Positions 51,218 through 60,932 of a DNA stretch of 60,932 nucleotides are shown one piece after another. Within the stretch, counting starts at the first letter, position 1; every line of letters starts with the position of its first letter. The stretch is from Octopus bimaculoides. Its lineage: Eukaryota. The position numbers and the translations under genes were made by a program. Below the pieces are notes generated by a model. That model saw only the letters and a program-made list of their open reading frames with translations, made no database searches and was not told the origin of the DNA. The stretch spans positions 8,684,826 to 8,745,757 of the forward strand of contig NC_069008.1 in the NCBI RefSeq assembly GCF_001194135.2, given 5' to 3'.

Positions 51218-52549
51218 AATAATCTTAGCTGTCCACTTTCTCAATACTATTATCAAGGGATGAGTTTGAATGGGTTGCATGCAAACCAATTTGGGATCCA
51301 CATTATTCGTGCGTGTTGATTTTAGATGGTTCTCTTGTTCTTGTGTTTTTCAACAAATCTTATTTTTAAGCCTGGTATTTATTTTATCAGTTTCTTTTAC
51401 CAAACTGGTAAGTTATGGCAACATAAACAAACAAACATGCATTGCCAACCCATGTGGGGTAAGAAGCAGACAATGACACACACACACTCACACACATGTA
51501 TGCCTCTGTGTATGTGTGTGTGTGTGTGTCCGATGGGCTTAGTGAAGGCATGTGGCTTGGTGGTTAGGGCATTCTGCTCACAATCATAAGGTCATGAGTT
51601 CAGTTCCTGGCAGTGCATTGTGTTCTTGAGCAAGACACTTTATTTCACATTGCTCCAGTCCACTCAGCTGGCAAAAATGAGTTTTATCNNNNNNNNNNTT
51701 ATTTCACATTGCTCCAGTCCACTCAGCTGGCAAAAATGAGTTTTATCTGTAATTCATAGAGCCAGCCATGTCAGTCACTGTGTCACAGTGAGCTCCCTGA
51801 GTACTAAGTTAAAAGTACTTGTGTCTGTGGAGTACTCAGCCACTTGCACATTAATTGTTCCTTTGATTGAATCAACTGGAACCCTTGTCCTCATAACCAA
51901 CAGAGTGACAATTACGAATGGCTTCCACAAAGTTTCCTTGAACCAGATTTCCTCAATGGTCTTTAGTCGGCCTGCAGCTATAGTTAAAGACACTTGCCCA
52001 AGGTGCCATGCAGTGAGACTGAACCCAAAGCCATATGATTTCAAAGCAAGTTTTTTTAACCTAGCCATGCTTACACCTTGTTGCTTTCTACAGTGATGGC
52101 CAGTTTTTATTGTAGTCATTGTCTTTGGATGGTATTTTTGCACCAGTGACCATGGCTGACCACCAGTCTATGCAATACACACCCAGTTCTTCAGAATCTG
52201 CACCATTTCTGCATATGTCTGAGCTTGGGGAGTCCCAAACTGATAAATAACACCACCACCACCACCACCACCACCACCACCACCACCACCAGCCAAAGGA
52301 AATTGCTATCCTTTATCTTTTACTTGTTTCTGTCATTAAACTGTGGCCATGCTGTGGCACCTCCTAGAAGAACTTTTTGTTGAATGAATTGACCCCAGTA
52401 CGTATCTTTCTTTTCTTAAATAGTCTGCTACATATTTGTTCAGTATCTTTTGCTGAACTGCTATGTTACAGGGAAATTAACATACCAATGCCAGTTGTCA
52501 AGTGACGGTTGGGGACAAACACAGACTCAAACAAACACAGATATGCTAA

Positions 52550-54270
52550 TAGCTTAGAAGTGAAATTTAGGATTTCTTGGTTTTCTGTGAATCGATTTTG
52601 ATAAAACTTTTCCCAGCTGGTTTGCACACTATGGTAACACCATCATTATGTTTTCATTATTCTGTGTAAAGTCCTTTCTGTTTTTACTTCAGATTCTTCA
52701 GTTTTGGGGTGAACCACACTCATAGCTGTTGAATGAAAATAGCCCATCTAGATATTTTTTTTCAGAAAATGAAGGTTAGTGATACATATTAAGCATGCAT
52801 TGTGTATATATTTAACAGAAAACCATAATAATAATATAGCATTTATTGACATAATGAATTATTTAACCATTTCGACCGATAACTTCAAAAACCCTATTAG
52901 TCATGGAATCTGCTAATTTCTTAATAGTAGAAGGTTGGACTGTCTCTGCTGCCGCAGCTTTGATGGTCGCCCATAAGACATCTTTCAACGTAAATTGGTG
53001 TCCATTGGCATAAACATCTTGTTTAATGATAGACCAAAATTTTTTGATGGGGTTAAGATCTGGAGATGCTGGCGACCATACCATCAACCTTTCACCTTGT
53101 ATGCCGTAAGACCCTGGTAATGTTTGGGTGATCCCAGCAGAGTGGAAAGTAGCATTGTCATGCATGAATATGAGATTCCTAAGAAGTGACAGCCGTATGT
53201 CATCTAGCCAGGGATCCAAGACCTCCTTCAGGAGATTGCAGTAGGTGGCTGCAGTTACTTTAACCCCTTCAGGCACCCTGACTGGGCCAACAAGTTTATT
53301 CCCAATAATACCAGCCTACAACATGACTTCTCCATCCTGTTGTTGATGTTGTAAGCATTGGTGACACTCATCTCCAAAATAGACCCAACATTTGAAGTAG
53401 TTGTATGCTGTCAACTTAACGTGACAGTCCCCTGAAGGGAATAATACTACTGTTGGTTAGACCTAGGAAGCTGCACCGCTTTCTAGGTCTAACCAACAGT
53501 AGTATTATTCCCTTCAGGGGACTGTCACGTTAAGTTGACAGCATACAACTACTTCATCGTATCACTACTGCATAAATCTCTCTGAGAGATTTAGAAATGT
53601 ATTATTTCTAGACCCAACATTTGCCCAGCTGTTGAGGGTCGCCCTGGTTTTGTCAGTGAACAGAACACAACTCGTGTCTAACATCATGTACTTTCGGGCC
53701 CATTGAAGTCTCAAACACCTGTGACAGGGCGTTAAAGGAGGCAGTATCAGGGGTTCTCACATGGAAGCCATGGTCCCTTGGATGCAATTTCTGGTGGTTT
53801 TTCAGTACATGAGGAAGTCTGGAAGCAGTGAAAATGGCTTTGCTTGTTTGTTCGGGTTTCCCATGTAACTTGCAGCCAATATACCTTAAATCCTTAGGTG
53901 TCAAAATCTTGGAGGTCCCACAATCAGATCGTTTCTTCCTTGGCAAAGGCCCTTCAGGAATCATCTGACTGTGTCAATATGTTGACCTAACTTCTCCGCA
54001 ATGACATGAAGAGAAGTGTCTTTAACACTTTCCTTGATGATGACAGACTTTTTCTCATTGTTAAAGCCTTTTTTATGTCCCATTGTTCTTAGAGGGGGGG
54101 ATGCTATTAGCATGGGTCACCCCAAAAACTGAAGGATCTGAAATAAAAAAGAAAGGACATTACACAGAATAATGAAAACATAAGAACGGTGTTGCCATGG
54201 TGTGCAAACCAGCTGGGAAGACAGAAAACTGAGAAATCCTAAATTTCTCTCCTAACCATGGTTCTTGGTG
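52550..54270 (-). mobile_element. Tc1/Tc3-like DD34E transposon, near full length, inactivated
   Basis: TIRs of about 150 bp (52550-52710 vs 54120-54270). Transposase motifs LFTD, VML*AGI, HDNATFHSA and WSPASPDLNPIKKFWSIIK are present with stops and frameshifts. Confidence 0.9.
53380..53623. repeat. Palindromic insertion (79-bp arms) with a 15-bp TSD inside the Tc1 ORF
   Basis: 53393-53471 vs 53478-53556 match at 78/79 with a tgcacc loop. TSD tagacccaacatttg at 53380-53394 and 53609-53623. Confidence 0.9.
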
Positions 54271-54296
<26 letters not shown>

Positions 54297-54301
<5 letters not shown>

Positions 54302-54570
54302 CAAAACGGCAGCCTGCACCTTCCTCTCCATGCCAGCAGACACCTTTCAAATAGAATTTGCATATTCGTGTGGGCTGTCTCTTTCTATCCTTTTTGTAGT
54401 CAGGTTTGCTTCTTTCTTTGGCTGTTTCATCTTTTGTTTTAGTTTTAGTTTTTCCTGCTTTTAATTCTTCTTTCTTGGCCCTTTCACCTCCATGGTTTTT
54501 CGCCTTGATGGTGGTAGGGGCACTTTCACTTGGGCATTTACATGAGTAATAATGCATCCTTTCATGTTCA
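54297..54570 (-). mobile_element. Probable LINE ORF1 fragment with a CCCH-like zinc finger
   Basis: Lys-rich linker followed by ICKFYLKGVCWHGEEGAGCRF (C-x7-C-x8-C; final His absent), cut by (TA)n. Confidence 0.5.
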
Positions 54571-54599
54571 TGTTGCTAAATTGTCAATGAAATGTAGGT

Positions 54600-55260
54600 G
54601 ACTGACCGGATGGATTCTTAGGACTTTTAAAACAAGAGATCAGGAAACCATGATGGTGCTCTGGAAGACACTTGTTCTAAGCCACTTTGACTATTGCTCT
54701 CAGCTATGGTCATCAACCAGTGTCAAATTAATCTCAGAACTTGAGGCAATCCAACGAAGCTACACGAAGAAGATAGCCTCTATGCAGCATATAAGCTATT
54801 GGGAAAGACTCAAGAGATTAAGACTCTATTCCTTAGAGTGTAGACGANNNNNNNNNNNNNNNNNNNNNNNNNNNNNNNNNNNNNNNNNNNNNNNNNNNNN
54901 NNNNNNNNNNNNNNNNNNNNNNNNNNNNNNNNNNNNNNNNNNNNNNNNNNNNNNNNNNNNNNNNNNNNNNNNNNNNNNNNNNNNNNNNNNNNNNNNNNNN
55001 NNNNNNNNNNNNNNNNNNNNNNNNNNNNNNNNNNNNNNNNNNNTAGGTGTCTTCAAGATGAGGCTGGACCTCTTCCTGTCAGGTGTCCCAGATGAACTAA
55101 CTTCACGGCAGGAGGTGCAGATGAGAGCAGCTGCATCAAACTCTCTCATGCACCAAATGTCAATTCCTAAAGTAAAATTCGTGAAGTAAAATTGTGTAGA
55201 AACACCAAATGGTGGTGCCCCAGCATGGCCACAGCTCATGAGCTGAAACTAGATAAAATG
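54600..55260 (+). mobile_element. CR1/L2-group LINE RT C-terminus and 3' tail
   Basis: LWKTLVLSHFDYCSQLWS...LEAIQRSYTKKI...SYWERLKRLRLYSLECRR...FKMRLDLFL. The tail ggtgccccagcatggccacagc is shared with SINE-A. Confidence 0.85.
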
Positions 55261-55513
55261 AAAGATAAAAAAATGAAAAAATATGAAAGAGGGTTTGAAA
55301 CTGCAATTTTAAGATGTTTATTCACTTGACCGGTTTCACTTTTTTAGAAAAAGATTGTCAAAAGTAAAATGTAAAGCTTTGTATGAGCTTTGGTAGTGTT
55401 AAGGATTGGTTGTCACAAAAGGATTAAAATACAGTTAGACAGTCATTGATAATATTAATAAGAGAATGTTGAAAGCAGTTTACAAGAGAGTATTCAACAA
55501 AAAGTGTTCGGTA

Positions 55514-55562
<49 letters not shown>

Positions 55563-57825
55563 GAAGGAGATATATAAACTGTTTTAAACATTTTCTTATT
55601 ATGACATTGTAGGTTAGGTGTGAGAGGCCAGATCAAACTGGTTTGAACATAAGACAGGTAGAATATTTGGGCCTGAAAGGTTGAAAGGCAAAGTCAACGG
55701 AAGTAGAATGTGAACTCAGAATGTAAAGCTGTAAGAATTGCCACAAGGCACCCTGTCCATCTTGCTCATAATTCTGCCAGCTCACTGCTACCCTCAGTAA
55801 GCTGTTTAATATCAAAAGACTGAAGAATAAAAATGATCACATCACATGAATTACTTTATGCCAACAATTGTGCCATTGTCCCCCATTCAAATGAAGACAC
55901 CCAAGTATAAGTACAACACCAACTTTTATAATCCATACTAATTTATGAGCAGGAACTTCAAATCCCCATAGCCACAAGACTAGTCTACTGGCACTGTGCA
56001 CAGGTTAGTGCCTTGCACAGTACAGGATTAATAAACTTACATCATTAAAGCAATTTACAGAATGGCTTAAGAACCAAAGGTTCCAGAAAATCAATGTTGC
56101 ATCTCATCATTATCATCATCATCATTTAATGTCCCTTTCCATGCTAGAATGGGTTAGACAGTTTGACAGGAACTCGAAAGCTGGAGACCTGCACTAGGCC
56201 CCTGTCAGTTTTGGCTTGCTTTCTAGAGCTGAATGTCTTTCCTAACACCAAATACTCCATATAATGTACTGGATGTCTTTTACGTGTCACTGGCACAGGG
56301 GCATTTAATGTATCATAGGCACAGGTGGCTTTTAAATGTCACTGGTACAAGTGCTTCTAATGTGTCACCAACACGGGTGTCTGTTACATGTCACCAGCTC
56401 TGGTGCCTTTGTGTGTCACGGGCATGGGTGTCTTTTGCAAATCACCGGCACAGGTGCCTCCCAAGTGCCACTGGCACAGGTGCCTTTCACATGGCCACAA
56501 CTACGATTTCACTTAGCTTGACATGTCTTGTCAAGCACATTAATTCACCAGAAGCTTTGGTCACTTCTAATCACCTCCGTCAGACTCATTTACTTCATAT
56601 CTCACGTCTTCCTGAGTTTATCTTTTCCACAGGTTCCCTCCACAATTAGAGTTTGGCACTTCTTTATGCAACTGTCCTTGTAAAGAAGTGCTGATCTCTA
56701 TCTGCACTTGCAAATTAATTTAATGGCCTTCCATCAATAACAGCAAGACAAAGTTGTGCTACTAAACATCTGGGGCCAACCTGCTGCCACACTAACCTTT
56801 GTTATCAACATTGCCCTGTTGTTCTCTTAACTTCATAAATACTTTGAATGTTATGCCTCAAACAGAACGTCAATGGACAATGGCATGTCAATACATGCCA
56901 CAGAGATTACACTGGGTGGAAAGTTAACTCAACTCAGTTTTCTACAAAAACATGTCTGCAACAATAAAGATTTCTGTCTGTCGCACACTCTTTCTCTCTC
57001 TCTCTTACACTCACAAACACACACACACACACACAGTTGCTTGGTCTCACAGAAACAACACGTATACACTTATCTCACCTGGATACACATGTAATGTATA
57101 AATAGCCATAGGTACATATCTTTTATCCTTTATCTTGTTTCAGACATTAGACTGTGACCATGCTGGGGCACCATCTTGAAGAATTTCAGTTGAACTAATT
57201 GACCCAGTACTTATCTTCTTTGTTCAAGCCTGGTACTTCTTCTATTGATCTCTTTTGCTGAACCACTAAGTTACAGACACACACATACACCAACACCAGT
57301 TGTCAAGGAGTGGGGGGGGCAAACACAGGCACAAACACACACACACACACACACATATACAATATATATATAGTTATACATATATGTATAGGCTTTTTTC
57401 AGTTTCTATCTACCAAATCCTCTCACAAGGCTTTGGTTGGCCCAAGGCTATAGTAGAAGACACTTGCCCAAGGTGTTGCACAGTGGGACTGAACCCAGAA
57501 ACATGTGGCTGGAAAGCAAGCTTCTTACCACGCAGCCATTCAATATCTATTTATTTATCTATGTATCTATCTGTCTATTTATCTATACATACATACATAC
57601 ATACATACATACATACATACACACACACATACACACACACATATGATAGGCTTCTTTCAGTTTCCCTCTACCAAATTCACTCACAATGCTTTGGTCAGCT
57701 ATAGTAGATGACACTTGCCCAAAATGTCACACAGTGCAACTGAACTTAAAACCATGTGGCTTGGAAGCAAACTTCTTACCACATGGTCATACCTGCACCT
57801 ATACATATAAGTATTTTCACAGCAG

Positions 57826-57873
<48 letters not shown>

Positions 57874-59269
57874 CCACCATCATCATCATTGTCATCATTA
57901 TCATCATCAATATTTAACGTCTCTTTTCCATGCTGGCATGGGTTAGACAGCTTGACAACAACTGGCATGGCCGGGGGCCACACTAGGTTCCATACTCTGC
58001 TTTGGCATGGTTTCTACAGTTGGATGCCCTTCCTGATGCCAACCACCTTACAGAGGGGACTGAGTGCTTTTTACTATGTGGCCCCATCACCAGATATAAA
58101 AACAGGTGGGGATGGTGGGGTTAGGAAGAGGGGACGGAGAACTGTTCATTCAGACTTTAAGAGAAGTTCTCTTCATCATCATCATTTAATGTCCGTTGTC
58201 CATCCTGGCATGGGTTGAACGGTGTGACCAGAGCTGGCCAGCTTAATGGGTGGTTGCACAAGACCTCAGTCTGATTTGGCTTAATTTCTAAGGCTGGAAG
58301 CCCTTCCTAATGTCAACCACTCCACAGAGTGCATTGGGAGCTTTTACATGGCACCACACAGGCACTTTTATGTGGCACCACACAGGCACTTATATATGGC
58401 ACTGCCACAAGTTCTTTACACCACTAAAAGAATTGATCTTAACACTTCTGCAGCAGAGTATGGATCTTCTGGAGTATGGCCAGGCCCCAGGTATCTCAGT
58501 CCTTTATCATCTCCCCTGAAAGGTTCAGCTGAATATTATTTCTTGGTCTTTGTTTTCCTTTAATGGCATGGAGAGGGGAAGCTGGTGTGCATGGTCGACT
58601 GCTGGTCTTCCATAAACAACCTTGCCCGGAATTGTGCCTTGGAGGGGAGCTTTCTAGGGGCAATCCCATAGTTAGTCATGACCGAAGGGGGTCTCTGCAT
58701 GTATGTATGTATGTATGCATGCATGTATGTATGTATGTATGTATGTATGTATGTATGTATTTATGTATGTATGTATGTATGCATGCATGTATATGTCAGG
58801 TCACTCCTAGAGTTACTAGTAGCATGCAGCCCAATACAATTTGTATATTTGAACCATTTGTGACTAACTCAACACATCAACCAAATCTTGATTAGGAAAG
58901 TGGGGTTTGTTGGGCACCCTGCAGGACAGAAAACAAAACTTGTCAAAGGATGGATGAACTCAGTAGAGTTGACAGTCATCCAACAGCTGGGAGTGAGAAA
59001 CCTGTAGTCTTTGTCAAGACATCTCTCTACAAGCAAAACATTCTGAAATAACATGCACCTCATCACGAAGCCAGAGATCTTACTCTTCCTTGTTTCTGGA
59101 ATTCTTCGCTTTGCAGGTGAAAGTCTTAGCCGTGTTGTGCAAACTTTTATTCTTTAAATCCAGCATGGGCATTGCTGACAGCCATTGTCTTTAACATTTA
59201 GAATAAGATAATTTGTCTGTGATGGTCATAATTGTCTACGAGTTGATAGCTAGCATGTATGTATGTATG

Positions 59270-59660
59270 GAGTGGCCAAGTGGTCAGGATGAAAGATAAT
59301 CAAATCCCTAAGCAATTTCTGTATAATGAGTTAGCTCAGGGTAAAAGACAAAAACATGAACCAAAGTTAAGATATGAGGACTGCATCAAGAATACACTTG
59401 AGATGGTCGAAATCTCAGAAAATAGATGGGAAAATCTTGCTCTAGGTCATTCATTGTGGAGGAAAGCAGTGCATCATGAGGGAAGGGAATTGAAACAAAG
59501 CGGTATCAAACATGAACAGCTCAAGAGAGATGTTTGTAAGAGTTTAATGTGAATTCACTTGAGTATGTTAGCACACAGTCCAGTCTAACATATAACAAGT
59601 GTGGGTGTGTCTGTCTTAGTAAAGCAGGCCTTAGAAGTTACCAGAGAAGTTACCCAAGCA
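59270..59660 (+). mobile_element. RTE (BovB-like) LINE 3' fragment
   Basis: WSGQVVRMKDNQIPKQFLYNELAQGKR...PKLRYEDCIK...WENLAL..SLWRKAV, followed by a degenerate C2H2-like KCGCVCLSKAGLRSY. Confidence 0.85.
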
Positions 59661-59866
59661 AGAAACTTGTTAACTATACATTATACAGAATCTCTACTCG
59701 CTGGGAGTGCAGAAAAGAATGTGCATCAGAAAGCAAACCGATGAAGGGTCGTTCTTTATGTTACTTGTCTTGTTTTCCATTTGTTTCTCTCGTTCTTCAC
59801 AAAAAAAGTTTGTCGTCATATTTCATGTTGTTTATGTTTTGTGACGTCCTTCCTGATGCCCTTATA

Positions 59867-59901
<35 letters not shown>

Positions 59902-60051
59902 NNNNNNNNNNNNNNNNNNNNNNNNNNNNNNNNNNNNNNNNNNNNNNNNNNNNNNNNNNNNNNNNNNNNNNNNNNNNNNNNNNNNNNNNNNNNNNNNNNN
60001 NNNNNNNNNNNNNNNNNNNNNNNNNNNNNNNNNNNNNNNNNNNNNNNNNNN

Positions 60052-60105
<54 letters not shown>

Positions 60106-60108
60106 ATA

Positions 60109-60139
<31 letters not shown>

Positions 60140-60225
60140 ATCAGTATGTACATATATGTACATATGCCTATATATATATATTATTTATGTTATAATATGA
60201 TTGAACGTCATGCATTCATTTCCAA

Positions 60226-60270
<45 letters not shown>

Positions 60271-60932
60271 CCATAGAGACCAAGCCAAACCAAACTGGAG
60301 CCTGGTCCAGCTCTCCAGCATACCAGTTCCAGTCAAACCATCCAACCCATACCAGCATGGACAACAGACACAAAAGGATGATGATGATGATGATGCATAT
60401 AAGTGTGAGTATGTGATGTGATGTGTGTGTGTGTGTGTGTGTGCACAAGACAACCTCCTTCTAACAACAGACTAAACATGTGAATGGGGTAAGGTTCTAG
60501 ACAGACAGAAGGTTGTTCAGTAGTTGAATAGTAGCTGTATATAGAGCCATAAAAACTAAGAGAACTGCCTGGAGGAAAGAATGGAAGAAAGACTGGGGCA
60601 AAGAACAATATCAAGTAGCTGGAAGATAAGCCAGACATCTGATATACTTAGCAAAGGGTGAAGTTTGATAATAAGTGGACAGGTATCAGTTAATCCAGGT
60701 TGCCAAATAGTAAGTCAGTGTGAATTAAAATGTTGTTTGGGGAAAATGTGTTTGGGTTTATAATGGAATACATTTGGTCATTGAAACCTGAAAAAAGACA
60801 TAGAAATGCATTGTAGCCACCAGTGGATAACACCATCCAATAGTTTGATTAATACCATGATATATATATATGCATATACATATGTATACATCCATACATG
60901 CACATATGCATATATATATATATATATATATA

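Noticed and set aside
51640-51750. Direct duplication around a 10-N gap (also 27895-28025)
   Set aside because: Typical scaffolding overlap artefact.

Overview
Repeat-dense, AT-rich animal genomic DNA with many N gaps. The SINE families and microsatellite load suggest an octopus; this is inferred, not proven. One host gene is supported: a minus-strand acetyl-CoA hydrolase/transferase-family gene (4-hydroxybutyrate CoA-transferase-like / acetate:succinate CoA-transferase-like) with a probable mitochondrial presequence. Exon 1 (47996-47795) and exon 2 (2239-2087) are phase-compatible and separated by a 45,555-nt intron, gaps included. The rest is a nested TE landscape: three tRNA-derived SINE families; RTE, CR1 and R4/Dong LINE fragments; a Penelope-like GIY-YIG fragment; Tc1, Tigger and maT remnants; and MITEs. 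Most notable are (1) five minimal type-I hammerhead-ribozyme-like motifs, including a back-to-back pair with a CCGAUGA core locked in a 72-bp palindrome, (2) a 79-bp near-perfect hairpin insertion with a 15-bp target-site duplication inside a Tc1 transposase, (3) a two-switch templated-insertion repair scar, (4) two head-to-head inverted LINE insertions, and (5) a dense nuclear-receptor/E-box/D-box motif cluster in a CpG-retaining intronic domain that mirrors the layout of the real promoter. All of this was read by eye; no searches or folding programs were run.
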